DNA of 64,000 bases from positions 31,000,001 to 31,064,000 of the forward strand of contig NC_043007.1 of assembly GCF_006345805.1 (NCBI RefSeq), read 5' to 3'. Shown piece by piece: positions 1 to 14,100 of this stretch (its first letter is position 1; every line of letters begins with the position of its first letter). Source of the DNA: Octopus sinensis. Its lineage: Eukaryota. The notes below the pieces were generated by a model. It did not search any database and was not told the DNA's origin. It worked only from the letters and a program-made list of their open reading frames with translations. The position numbers and the translations under genes were made by a program.

Positions 1-159
1 ACTTCATTTCACGTTGCTCCAGTCCACTCAGCTGGCAAAAATTAGTAACGCTGCGATGGACTGGCGTCCCGTCCGGCTGGGGAACACATATGCCATAGAA
101 ACTGGGAAAATGCGCCCATGAGCCTGGCTAGGCTTTAAAAGGATGCATTTATTTTAGTG

Positions 160-420
160 GAGGCACAAGGCCTAGTGGTTAGAGCAGCGGACTTGTGGTC
201 GAGGGATCGCGGGTTCGAATCTCAGACCAGGCGATTTGTGTGTTTATGAGCGAAACACCTAAGTTCCATGCGCCTCTGACAGAAGGTAATGGCGAACTTC
301 TGCTGACTCTTTCCTCCTGCATCTTGCAGATCACCTGTGACGGACTGGCGTCCCATCCAGGTGGGGAACCTATACACCAAGGAAACCAGCCCTTATGAGC
401 CAGGCATGGCTCGAGAAGGG
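160..420 (+). mobile_element. tRNA-headed SINE, family A
   Basis: A-box-like GGCCTAGTGGTTAGAG and B-box-like GGGTTCGAATC. Related copies at about 1-135, 2310-2640, 4496-4810 (+) and 3190-3450, 7020-7345, 8700-8960, 28385-28565 (-). Boundaries approximate. Confidence 0.7.
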
Positions 421-3400
421 AAAAAAAGAACCAAATTTAATGAACATAATCTATAACTGAATTAATATCATATTTAAGTCCAAAAAATAAAAATACCTGT
501 GAAAATATTTTGTAATTGTGAATTGTTGGAAATATATATTTTTTTCATTTTGGACGTAACTTCATCCACGTAACTTATTTTCAACGATAAAACAACAGAT
601 GCACAAATACTTGGGACCAGTAAGATCAAAACGCCAAAAAAACGGTAGCAAGGTAATCTTGGTTCAGCATTCATGTTGTTTAATTGTATTATTTTTTTCA
701 GATTAACATAATAAGATATTAATAATAATAATAATAATAATCATAATGGTTTGAAATTTTGCCACAAGGGCATCAATTTTCGGGGAGGGGACAAGTCGAT
801 TACATCGACCCCCAGTGCTCAGCTGGTACTTATTTTATTGACCCAGAAAGGATGAAAGGCAAAGTCGACCTCGGCAGAATTTGAACTCAGAACGTGAAGA
901 TGGATGAAATGCTGCTAAGCGTTCTGTTCAGTGTGCTTCTGGTTCTGCCAGCTTGCTGCCTTCATATAATAATAATAATAATAATAATAATAGTGATTTC
1001 CAATTCTGGCTCAAGGCCAGCAATTTCAAGGGAGAGGGTAAGTTGACTGCATTGGCCCCGGCGTTCAGTCAATCTTGAAAGGATGAAAGGTAAAGTTGAC
1101 CTTGGCAGAATTTTAACCCAGAAAATGAAAATGGGCAAAATACCTCTAAGCATTTTGCCTGGCATACTAACTGTTCTGTCAGCTCACCATCTTAATAATA
1201 ATAACAATAATAATGTACCCTTATCAGACAGGTAGTCATGATGGGTATACTGGGCTTCGTATATTTTACCTCAGTGTCACTTTGATGGCTTGTACTGCTC
1301 TCTCATTCAATGATAATAATAATAATAATAATAATGATTTCTTTATTAACCACAAGGGTTTACGCTAAGAAAAACATTATGGACCGTACAGAACAAAACA
1401 AAGAATGTGTGTGAGTGTGTTGTGAGGGTTTTGCGTGTAAACCAGACTAAGAAAAAAGAAAGAAATCAGCAATATGTAATCCTCATTAGGGAGGAGACAC
1501 TCAATGGCTGCCCATAGAAAAACCGTAATAAAAAAAAAAACCATGGGTGCCCTGACTTTCGGGGCAGGTGCCTTTTTTGCAACTACAGGTATATGCTCAG
1601 GGCAGGACCTTTCACTTGCATCATTCTCACCACTTTCATCAACAATATTATTAGGAGTGGCTGTGTGGCAAGTAGCTTGCTTACCAACCACATGGTTCCA
1701 GGTTCAGTCCCACTGCGTGGCACCTTGAGCAAGTGTCTTCTACTATAGCCTTGGGCCGACCAAAGCCTTGTGAGTGGATTTGGTAGACGGAAACTGAAAG
1801 AAGCCCGTCGTGTGTTTGTGTGTGTGTGTGTGTGTCTGTGTTTGTTCCCCCAACATTGCTTGACAACCAATGCTTTTGTGTTTACATCCCCGTAACTTAG
1901 GGGTTCGGAAAAAGAGACCAATAGAATAAGTACTAGGCTTACAAAGAATAAGTCCTGGGGTCAATTTACTCGACTAAAGGCGGTGCTCCAGCATGGCTAC
2001 AGTCAAATGAGTGAAACAAGTAAAAAGAGTAAAAAAAAAAAGAAAGAAAAAGATCTTTTGTCTTTCCTTCTTTCTTATATAAAGGAGGGACCCATTATTT
2101 ACACTATAAAATGATAGCTTTATTTTTAAACAAATAATCATTTACCGTATACTTTCGTGTAAAGATCAAATGTATCCAATTATAGGTTATTAAGGGTTGC
2201 TATGTCCATCATGATTGGGCCATAGATGAGAGTTTCTAAATAGGAATGGAAAATAAGTGAAGCCTGGACATGGTATCACTGAAACCAGAAACCACTTAAT
2301 TTTAGATTCACTAGTTACAGCTCAGTGATTGGAACATCAGGCTCACAATCATGGGGCAGTGAGTTCAATTCCTGGACCGGGCTGCGTGTTGTGTTCTTGA
2401 GCAAGACACTTTATTTCACTGGGCTCCATTTCACTCAGCTGTAGAAATGAGTTGTGACGTCACTGGTGCCAAGCTGTATCGGCCCCTTTGCCTTTCCCTT
2501 GGATAGGATCGGTGGTGTGGTGAGGAGAGGCTGGTTTTCCATAAAAAAAACCTTACCAGACTTGTGCCTCAGAGGGAAACTCTGTAGGTGCAATACCATG
2601 GTCATTCATGACCAAGGGACCGTCTTCACCCGATTTTTTTAGGTAACCTGATTGTCCTACTCAATCACAAGGTTTATATTGTATTCAGTCACAAGATTTA
2701 CTCTGCTCTTGATATTTACTCAACATTGTCATTGTTTTAACATCTACTTTTCTATGCTTGCATGGGTTGGATGGAATTTGTTGGGGCAGATTCTCTGTGG
2801 CCAGATGACCTTCTTGTCACCAATCCTCACCTGTTTCCAAGCAAAGTGATATTATCTCAAAACCAGATATGTCGTCATGAGAGATTGAAAATATAGGACA
2901 CTACTTTCTTGAGGCTTATTGCTGATAAGGCAAGGCGATAGTAACACACACACACATCAATAGCTGGTGAAAATAAACCCAAGAAAAGGTTGCAGTTACA
3001 TTGACCTTATACTCTCTCTTTGCTATAGGCTTTTAGCCCTAAAACTACTGAATGTGGAAGCAAAATACATTTAAAGTTGGCAAATTAATTTTTCTCAGGG
3101 TTTTCTTATCAAATTACATTCAACTACATAGGAACTAGGAACTAATATATCCTTTATAAGGGTCGGCATAGTATTCCTTAGATCTGTCATGAACCTTAGG
3201 ACTCATAAGGCCAGAACTTAACCTGGTTTCCACCATGTATAAGTAGTTGAGATTACAACCACACCCCCAACCCACCCCCAACAAACTCAAGTGGGGCAAC
3301 AGTTTGTCGCAGAGTCAACAGCTGAGGGAATTGGAGCAACAGGAAATTAAGTGCAATTTACTCAAGAACACAATTCAGCACTCTGTCTGGGAATTGAAAC

Positions 3401-3884
3401 TGCAATCTTATGATTGCAGAATGTAATACCATAATCACATGGCTAAACAATTTCAAAGTTGTACTCGTACACTACTCTGTTTTCAACCGAGGTTCATAAC
3501 TTTTAAAATTCTACTTTGACAGACTGTTTCTTTACAAAGATCAAATTTCATATTATAGTGACACAATCTGTAGTTTAATTGTGTAAGTTTATAGCAATTT
3601 CTAAAATGAATTGAAAAGCAAATTAAATGTAGTAAAAGACAAACATTATTCTATTAATATTGATATTCATTTCTTGAATAGGCATAATATGAGGCTAGTA
3701 TGTTGTATGTATTTATTTTATGAAAGGCCAATTCAATACTCGTAGGATTTTAACTTGAAATGTAAAAGACTGACACACTAAATACTCCATCACAGTTTTA
3801 CCAGCTCAGCTTGCTGTATCTTCCCACAACTCTCCATCCTCATTTTCATAAATAAAGGGGGTTAGTTCTTAATGGATGAAGAAA

Positions 3885-4275
3885 GGCGTAGGAGTGGCTG
3901 TGTGGTAAGTAGCTTGCTTACGAACCACATGGTTCCAGGTTCAGTCCCACTGTGTGGCATCTTGGGCAAGTGTCTTCTACTATAGCCTCAGGCCGACCAA
4001 AGCCTTGTGAGTGGATTTGGTAGACGGAAACTGAAAGAAGCCCGTTGTATATATGTATATGTATTTATATGTGTATGTGTGTTTGACCCCCCTAACATCT
4101 CTTGACAACCGATGCTGGTGAGTTTACGTCCCCGTAACTTAGCAGTTCAGCAAAAGAGACTGATAGAATAAGTACTAGGCTTCCAAAGAATTAGTCCTGG
4201 GGTTGATTTGCTCGACTAAAGGTGGTGCTCCAGCATGGCCACAGTCACATAACTGAAACAAGTAAAAGAGTAAAG
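3885..4275 (+). mobile_element. tRNA-headed SINE, family B (internal TA/TG microsatellite, GAAACAAGTAAAAGAGT tail)
   Basis: GTGGCTGTGTGGTAAG...GGTTCAGTCCC head. Similar copies at about 1655-2035, 16600-16790, 17110-17270, 19045-19440 (+) and 6300-6460, 9010-9410, 45345-45730, 59200-59360, 59690-60075, 63850-64000 (-). Confidence 0.78.
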
Positions 4276-5005
4276 TAAAATTTTTGATAAAATATTGTAT
4301 TCTGAGGTCAGCTCTGAGACCATCATCACATAGGAAGGTATAATTCTAAAACATATTATGTAGCAAGCTGCTAATTGCTTTTGAAATCATTATTTGATAC
4401 AGTCTAATTTATTACTGGCAATACTTTTTTTTTTTTAAGATATTTCCATTAATATTTTATCATTTGTTTTATTATCTTCATTTTGTTCTGTTGTGAAGGC
4501 ACATGGCTCAGTGGTTAAAGCATTAAACTTAGAATCATGAGGTAGTGAGTTTGATTCCCAGACCAGGCTATGTGTTGTGATCTTGAGCAAGACACTTTAT
4601 TTCACGTTGCTCCAGTTCACTCAGCTGTAGAAATGAGTTGTGACATCACTGGTGCCAAGCTGTATCGGCCCCTTTGCCTTTCCCTTGGATAACATCAGTG
4701 GCATGGAGAGGGGAGGCTGGTATGCATCAGTGACTGCTGGTCTTCCATAAACAAGCTTGCTCGGAATTGGGTAATTTTCTAGGTGCAATCCCATGGTCAG
4801 TTTTGACCAAAGGGAGTCTTTACTCTTAACGTTTTCTGTTTTTAATTTACTAATCAAATACTAATAATAACTTTCATTCTTCTTTTCAGTTTTGCCTGAT
4901 TATAAATAATTTCTACATTAACACCTGTTCTCTGAGAATTGCATGTTTCTTTTTTGTTTTGTTTTTAATTTACAATATTTTACTGTCTACCGTTTCCGTT
5001 TTTAG

Positions 5006-5125
5006 ATTCCTGAAACTGTATCAGAAGGAGATTGTGGCCGGGAATCAATGAGAGTGAAAGAATTCACGTTTGATTTTTCTTTTTGGTCTGCCTCAAAAGC
5101 TTCAAATTTTGCCAGTCAGGACCAC
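5006..5125 (+). CDS. KIF16B: KIF16B-like exon ([40 protein letters not shown])
   Basis: tttag acceptor and gttagt donor; kinesin FTFDFSFWS motif; 120 nt, phase 0-0. Confidence 0.9.
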
Positions 5126-8100
5126 GTTAGTATTGCTTATCTTTTCTTGTCTTTATTTGTATTCAGTGATCAAATTAGAATAGCTCTAGGGACAATTAGA
5201 ATGACTGCTGCCCAGTAAGGTAGTGTTTCCCCATGACTAGACATATCTCAGAAGATTGATAACAAAGGACACTGCTTGTACAATCGTGACATTCGCTTAC
5301 AGCTATCACGTGATATACACAGACATGTGTCATCATCATCATCATCATCATCGTTTAACAGCTGTAACCCATGCTAGCATGGGTTGGACGGTTTGACTGA
5401 GGCCTGGAGATCTAGCGGCTGCACCAGGCTCCAGTCTTATCTGGCAGTGTTTCTGCAGCTGGATGCCCTTCCTAATGCCAACCACTCCGAGAGTGTAGTG
5501 GGTGCTTTTTACATGCCACTGGCATGGGAGCCAGTCAGGCGGGCCTGATATCGATCACGTATGGATGGTGCTTTTTACATGCCACCAGCACAAGGGCCAG
5601 TCATATGGTGTGGGGTTGATCACCCTGACTGTGTCTATGACAATGGTTTGTTCATCATCTGTGGCAGTGATATTAGGGAAACGTCACTTCCACAACCACC
5701 AGTCATCCTTCACTGTTCCAGAAAGACAGTTTGTCACGTCCCAGGCCTGCCATGTGTAGCACCTCAAAAGATCAAGGGACCCTGTGTGATATCAGGTGGA
5801 AAATAATAGATCATCCAGACCCCTATGGTAATGGAAGTGGCTCTTGCAAAATCTGCATTGCGGAGAGAACCAAAATTCTTGAGGACTCTACTAAACCTGG
5901 CACATTAAATAGTCATAAAGAAGCGTTTTCTAAATGTGTCCACTTCAAGTGCTACCTACTGGAAAATGGGATCTCCCCGTTTGCTAGTCAGGCTTTTCCG
6001 GGTCTTTGAGGGTTGTTTTATCCTCTTGTTCAGGGAGACAACCCATCCTCATTAACATTGTTATATGTTGAGACTTAAATCTCGATTTTGAAGCTTTTCT
6101 TTACATCCGTGACGTAGAAAATAAAAACTGTTTGTCTTTGTATAGAGTCTGCCGATCTGTCCACAAGGTTTTGCCTTTGTGGATATGAAACCGTTGGTAA
6201 CTCTATGACCAAAATTAAAATATATATTTATGTCAAGGCGGTGCTCCAGCATGGCTGCAGTCAAATCACTGAAACAAGTAAAAGAGTAAAAGAATATACA
6301 ATGAGCTTCTCTCAGTTTCCATCTACCAAATCCACTTACAAGGCATTGGTCTGCCCAAGGCTATACTACAATACTCTTGCCCAGGATGTCGCACAGTAGG
6401 ACTGAAACCAAAACCATTTAGTTAGGAAGCAAAGTTCTTACCACACAGCCACACCCATGCAAAACTAAACATTTTCTGGGTACTGATTTGCCCAATTTAT
6501 GCTTTTGTGAAGTTCAGATAATATTTCCATTGTTTGTTTATTAAATCTGTTGTTCTTTTGTTTTAAGGTTTTCCAGTCACTTGGTCTTGATGTGGTCCGA
6601 TCAGCATATGATGGCTACAATGCCTGCGTATTCGCTTATGGTCAGACTGGTTCTGGTAAGAGTTACACCATGATGGGAAACCAGGTGAGTCAATCATCAT
6701 CGTTTTTGTTAAGGTTTTTTCTACAGGTATCCTTTCTGGTTTTTGCTTCGTTTCGTATTGGGATGTCAGATATAAACAAACAATGAGATAAGCCACAAAA
6801 GTGGGTAATGAGTGTATATACCATATTTTGGGGATTGTTGTCGCTTCATCTGCGCTCATCCAACCCATTCTTGCCTCCGAACACATTGCTTATGTAGCTA
6901 CCACATACAAGTATTAAGTTTTTGGATATTCCAATTTACATATTAGACACATTCCTGGAAGCTGGTACGTAAATATTAGATTTATAGGTATGTGGTACTT
7001 TGTTATGTGGTGGAACAGCCTGCTCGTGAATTTAATGTGTAAGTGGCTGAGCACTCCACAGACACGTGCACCCTTAACGTAGTTCTCGGGGATATTCAGC
7101 ATGACACAGAGAGTGACAAGGCCGGCCCTTTGAAATACAGGTACAACAGAAACAGGAAGTAAGAGTGAGAGAAAGTTGTGGTGAAAGAGTACAGCAGGGA
7201 TCACCACCATCCCCTGCCGGAGACTCGTGGAGCTTTAGGTGTTTTCACTCAATAAACACTCACAACGCCCGGTATGGGAATCGAAGCCGCGATTCTATGA
7301 CCGCGAGTCTGCTGCCCTAACCACTGTGCCATTGCGCCTCCACAACTTTGTTATGTAAACAATATACTATGAAGTATAGTGAATGTTTTTGTAAGTCAGT
7401 ACCACCACGTTCTATTGCATCATCTCTTCTAAATGTCACCACTCTGTTTGAAGAATCGCAGCTAGCTTTATAGTTGTTGACGTGTTTGTAGTTTCAAAAT
7501 GCCTTCTTTTACAACTGTGAGATGTATTGTTATTGTCATGATTTCATCTTACTATAATCAACAACAAACACATTTCGTCAATATAAAAGTCTTTATTAGA
7601 CACGACAAAACTTTAACACGAAATAGCTTCTAAAATATCAAATTTTGTGAAAAACGTTCAGAGTAAACTGTGTTCTACGTGAGAAATTCTACCAGTATTC
7701 GAAGTTTCAAACTGTTTAGTTAAAAAAATTAATTAAAAAATCTGTGATTGAGTTGGAATAGATCTACATTTTCTTGTTACTCTCAAGATATTGGCCAGAA
7801 GGAATTTATAGTAAAAGGAAAACACTGGCCCCAAATGATCTGAAGTTTGTTGTTAATTATAAAGAAATCTAATTATGTTTTCCTTCTATATCATTCAATA
7901 ACTTGTACTTTTAATTATTTTCTGACCAGGATGATCATGGGCTGATACCAAGGATATGTAAGGTGAGTACGGTTTGAAGCTCTCTTTTGATAAATATTCT
8001 ATATTTAACCATCATCAACAGTAACATTAGTTATTGTTAGCAATTTCTCTTATTGTTATCACTGGGTTATTTTGCATCATAATCCTTATATGCAAGGTAG

Positions 8101-11100
8101 AGCTATATGTTTGTAATGATAGTTTTTAGTTGATGTTGCTAAAATAAGTTAAAATAAAGGTAGATAATATCTGTTCAGTTGTGTGTCACAATAGCAGAGC
8201 CAAGGTGTTGGGGATGATGAGGGCAGTCCACTCCAGGCAAGTTTTTATGGGTGTGGCAATTTGAAGTTGGCTGAGCCTGCATTAGCTGTATTGGTCTAGG
8301 GAGGGAGGCAAATTTGAGGGCTACCCCAGACACATATACTCTAGCTATGCCACTGGTTTGTCTATCTACCCACCCATAAAGCTATCCTGTTTTCTGACAT
8401 GTAGTTTTTAGCTGCCTTGTTAGTTTCCATTGCTGAGTTAGGGTTAGATCCACAGGAAGTCCTACATATTCAACTCAGTGGTACAGATCAGTAATTGAAT
8501 CCTTGGGAAGTACTCAGAAAGTGTAATGATATCAGGTATGCCATACTTCAATCCTCACCACTTCGTGATCACCAGTGAAATATGTTCTCCAAGGCACAAA
8601 TTCCAGCACAATAAGAATGCAAGTCATTAACATAAAGGAAACTTTGGTTTGGATGGTTTCTGCATGACTGGAGTTTATGGCTGGTTGACTTGTAACTGAT
8701 ATCACGTGATCACATGACCAGCCAGACTATCAAATGTCGTTATACATCACCGGGTCACCACATGATTTTGCATTGTTTTAGCCATCGAATGATGCCACCC
8801 TGCTGGCTGGGCGAGAAGGTCAACATTCCTGCTGGCTTGAAAGGGGCATTGGAGCAACGTGAAATGAAGTTTTCTGCTCAAGAAGAACACAATACCCCGC
8901 CTGGTCTGGGAACTGAAACCATGATCGCTAGATTGTGGTTGCGGCACCCCAACCACTTGGTCATGCACCTTCAACGGAACGTGGACACAGCTATAATCTT
9001 GGTTCTTCTATTCTTTTACTCTTTTAATTGTTTCAGTCATTAGACTGTGACAATGCTGGAGCACTGCCTTAAAGTGATTTTGTCAAACAATTTGACCCCA
9101 GGACTTATTTTAAAGTCTAGTACTTATTCTATCGGTCTCTTTGTCAAACCGCTAAGTTAAGGGATGTAAACACACCAACACTGGTTGTCAAGTGATGATG
9201 GCGGGGGGACAAACACAGACACAAAAATACATTCCCACACACACACACGATGGGCTTCTTTTAGTTTCCACCTACCAGATCCACTCACAAGGCTTTGGTT
9301 AACCTGAGGCTATAGTAGACGGCACTTGCACAAGGTGTCACACAGTGGGACTGAACCTGAAACCATGTGGTTGGGAAGCAATCTTCTTACCACACAGCCA
9401 CACCTGTGCCTATATTTCTTATCTTTTAACTATTAAATCTTTATATACCCACATTCAAGCATGGCTGATGCCAGTGCTGCCTGACTGGCACCCATACCGG
9501 TGGCACATATACAGTACTGTTTGAACATGGCCGATGCCAGTGCTGCCTGACTGGCACCCATACCGGTGGCACATATACAGTACTGTTTGAACATGGCCGA
9601 TGCCAGTGCTGCTTGACTGGCACCCATACCGGTGGCACATATACAGTACTGTTTGAACATGGCCGATGCCAGTGCTGCCTGACTGGCACCCATACCGGTG
9701 GCACATATACAGTACTGTTTGAACATGGCCGATGCCAGTGCTGCTTGACTGGCACCCATACCGGTGGCACATATACAGTACTGTTTGAACATGGCCGATG
9801 CCAGTGCTGCTTGACTGGCACCCATACCGGTGGCACATATACAGTACTGTTTGAACATGGCCGATGCCAGTGCTGCTTGACTGGCACCCATACCGGTGGC
9901 ACATATACAGTACTGTTTGAACATGGCCGATGCCAGTGCTGCTTGACTGGCACCCATACCGGTGGCACATATACAGTACTGTTTGAACATGGCCGATGCC
10001 AGTGCTGCTTGACTGGCACCCATACCGGTGGCACATATACAGTACTGTTTGAACATGGCCGATGCCAGTGCTGCCTGACTGGCACCCATACCGGTGGCAC
10101 ATATACAGTACTGTTTGAACATGGCCGATGCCAGTGCTGCTTGACTGGCACCCATACCGGTGGCACATATACAGTACTGTTTGAACATGGCCGATGCCAG
10201 TGCTGCCTGACTGGCACCCATACCGGTGGCACATATACAGTACTGTTTGAACATGGCCGATGCCAGTGCTGCTTGACTGGCACCCATACCGGTGGCACAT
10301 ATACAGTACTGTTTGAACATGGCCGATGCCAGTGCTGCCTGACTGGCACCCATACCGGTGGCACATATACAGTACTGTTTGAACATGGCCGATGCCAGTG
10401 CTGCTTGACTGGCACCCATACCGGTGGCACATATACAGTACTGTTTGAACATGGCCGATGCCAGTGCTGCCTGACTGGCACCCATACCGGTGGCACATAT
10501 ACAGTACTGTTTGAACATGGCCGATGCCAGTGCTGCTTGACTGGCACCCATACCGGTGGCACATATACAGTACTGTTTGAACATGGCCGATGCCAGTGCT
10601 GCTTGACTGGCACCCATACCGGTGGCACATATACAGTACTGTTTGAACATGGCCGATGCCAGTGCTGCTTGACTGGCACCCATACCGGTGGCACATATAC
10701 AGTACTGTTTGAACATGGCCGATGCCAGTGCTGCTTGACTGGCACCCATACCGGTGGCACATATACAGTACTGTTTGAACATGGCCGATGCCAGTGCTGC
10801 TTGACTGGCACCCATACCGGTGGCACATATACAGTACTGTTTGAACATGGCCGATGCCAGTGCTGCCTGACTGGCACCCATACCGGTGGCACATATACAG
10901 TACTGTTTGAACATGGCCGATGCCAGTGCTGCTGACTGGCACCCATACCGGTGGCACACATATACAGTACTGTTTGAACATGGCCGATGCCAGTGCTGCC
11001 TGACTGGCACCCATACCGGTGGCACATATACAGTACTGTTTGAACATGGCCGATGCCAGTGCTGCTTGACTGGCACCCATACCGGTGGCACATATACAGT

Positions 11101-14100
11101 ACTGTTTGAACATGGCCGATGCCAGTGCTGCTTGACTGGCACCCATACGGTGGCACATATACAGTACTGTTTGAACATGGCCGATGCCAGTGCTGCTTGA
11201 CTGGCACCCATACCGGTGGCACATATACAGTACTGTTTGAACATGGCCGATGCCAGTGCTGCTTGACTGGCACCCATACCGGTGGCACATATACAGTACT
11301 GTTTGAACATGGCCGATGCCAGTGCTGCCTGACTGGCACCCATACCGGTGGCACATATACAGTACTGTTTGAACATGGCCGATGCCAGTGCTGCCTGACT
11401 GGCACCCATACCGGTGGCACATATACAGTACTGTTTGAACATGGCCGATGCCAGTGCTGCCTGACTGGCACCCATACCGGTGGCACATATACAGTACTGT
11501 TTGAACATGGCCGATGCCAGTGCTGCCTTGACTGGCACCCATACCGGTGGCACATATACAGTACTGTTTGAACATGGCCGATGCCAGTGCTGCTGACTGG
11601 CACCCATACCGGTGGCACATATACAGTACTGTTTGAACATGGCCGATGCCAGTGCTGCCTGACTGGCACCCATACCGGTGGCACATATACAGTACTGTTT
11701 GAACATGGCCGATGCCAGTGCTGCCTGACTGGCACCCATACCGGTGGCACATATACAGTACTGTTTGAACATGGCCGATGCCAGTGCTGCTTGACTGGCA
11801 CCCATACCGGTTGGCACATATACAGTACTGTTTGAACATGGCCGATGCCAGTGCTGCCTGACTGGCACCCATACCGGTGGCACATATACAGTACTGTTTG
11901 AACATGGCCGATGCCAGTGCTGCCTGACTGGCACCCATACCGGTGGCACATATACAGTACTGTTTGAACATGGCCGATGCCAGTGCTGCCTGACTGGCAC
12001 CCATACCGGTGGCACATATACAGTACTGTTTGAACATGGCCGATGCCAGTGCTGCCTGACTGGCACCCATACCGGTGGCACATATACAGTACTGTTTGAA
12101 CATGGCCGATGCCAGTGCTGCTTGACTGGCACCCATACCGGTGGCACATATACAGTACTGTTTGAACATGGCCGATGCCAGTGCTGCTTGACTGGCACCC
12201 ATACCGGTGGCACATATACAGTACTGTTTGAACATGGCCGATGCCAGTGCTGCCTGACTGGCACCCATACCGGTGGCACATATACAGTACTGTTTGAACA
12301 TGGCCGATGCCAGTGCTGCCTGACTGGCACCCATACCGGTGGCACATATACAGTACTGTTTGAACATGGCCGATGCCAGTGCTGCTTGACTGGCACCCAT
12401 ACCGGTGGCACATATACAGTACTGTTTGAACATGGCCGATGCCAGTGCTGCTTGACTGGCACCCATACCGGTGGCACATATACAGTACTGTTTGAACATG
12501 GCCGATGCCAGTGCTGCCTGACTGGCACCCATACCGGTGGCACATATACAGTACTGTTTGAACATGGCCGATGCCAGTGCTGCCTGACTGGCACCCATAC
12601 CGGTGGCACATATACAGTACTGTTTGAACATGGCCGATGCCAGTGCTGCCTGACTGGCACCCATACCGGTGGCACATATACAGTACTGTTTGAACATGGC
12701 CGATGCCAGTGCTGCTTGACTGGCACCCATACCGGTGGCACATATACAGTACTGTTTGAACATGGCCGATGCCAGTGCTGCTGACTGGCACCCATACCGG
12801 TGGCACATATACAGTACTGTTTGAACATGGCCGATGCCAGTGCTGCCTGACTGGCACCCATACCGGTGGCACATATACAGTACTGTTGAACATGGCCGAT
12901 GCCAGTGCTGCCTGACTGGCACCCATACCGGTGGCACATATACAGTACTGTTTGAACATGGCCGATGCCAGTGCTGCTTGACTGGCACCCATACCGGTGG
13001 CACATATACAGTACTGTTTGAACATGGCCGATGCCAGTGCTGCCTGACTGGCACCCATACCGGTGGCACATATACAGTACTGTTTGAACATGGCCGATGC
13101 CAGTGCTGCCTGACTGGCACCCATACCGGTGGCACATATACAGTACTGTTTGAACATGGCCGATGCCAGTGCTGCTTGACTGGCACCCATACCGGTGGCA
13201 CATATACAGTACTGTTTGAACATGGCCGATGCCAGTGCTGCCTGACTGGCACCCATACCGGTGGCACATATACAGTACTGTTTGAACATGGCCGATGCCA
13301 GTGCTGCTTGACTGGCACCCATACCGGTGGCACATATACAGTACTGTTTGAACATGGCCGATGCCAGTGCTGCATGACTGGCACCCATACCGGTGGCACA
13401 TATACAGTACTGTTTGAACATGGCCGATGCCAGTGCTGCCTGACTGGCACCCATACCGGTGGCACATATACAGTACTGTTTGAACATGGCCGATGCCAGT
13501 GTGCTTGACTGGCACCCATACCGGTGGCACATATACAGTACTGTTTGAACATGGCCGATGCCAGTGCTGCCTGACTGGCCCATACCGGTGGCACATATAC
13601 AGTACTGTTTGAACATGGCCGATGCCAGTGCTGCCTGACTGGCACCCATACCGGTGGCACATATACAGTACTGTTTGAACATGGCCGATGCCAGTGCTGC
13701 ATGACTGGCACCCATACCGGTGGCACATATACAGTACTGTTTGAACATGGCCGATGCCAGTGCTGCCTGACTGGCACCCATACCGGTGGCACATATACAG
13801 TACTGTTTGAACATGGCCGATGCCAGTGCTGCTTGACTGGCACCCATACCGGTGGCACATATACAGTACTGTTTGAACATGGCCGATGCCAGTGCTGCTT
13901 GACTGGCACCCATACCGGTGGCACATATACAGTACTGTTTGAACATGGCCGATGCCAGCTGCTTGACTGGCACCCATACCGGTGGCACATATACAGTACT
14001 GTTTGAACATGGCCGATGCCAGTGCTGCATGACTGGCACCCATACCGGTGGCACATATACAGTACTGTTTGAACATGGCCGATGCCAGTGCTGCTTGACT

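Noticed and set aside
160-235. SINE heads as functional tRNA genes
   Set aside because: A/B boxes are present but there is no complete cloverleaf, and they continue into multi-copy SINE bodies.
195-4857. Short ORFs of 60-110 aa here and throughout the introns
   Set aside because: They overlap SINEs or microsatellites, often use TTG/CTG/GTG starts, and show no homology I recognise.
1-5005. First coding exons of KIF16B (VKVAVRVRP...)
   Set aside because: I could not find the motif in any frame; the exons presumably lie upstream of the window.
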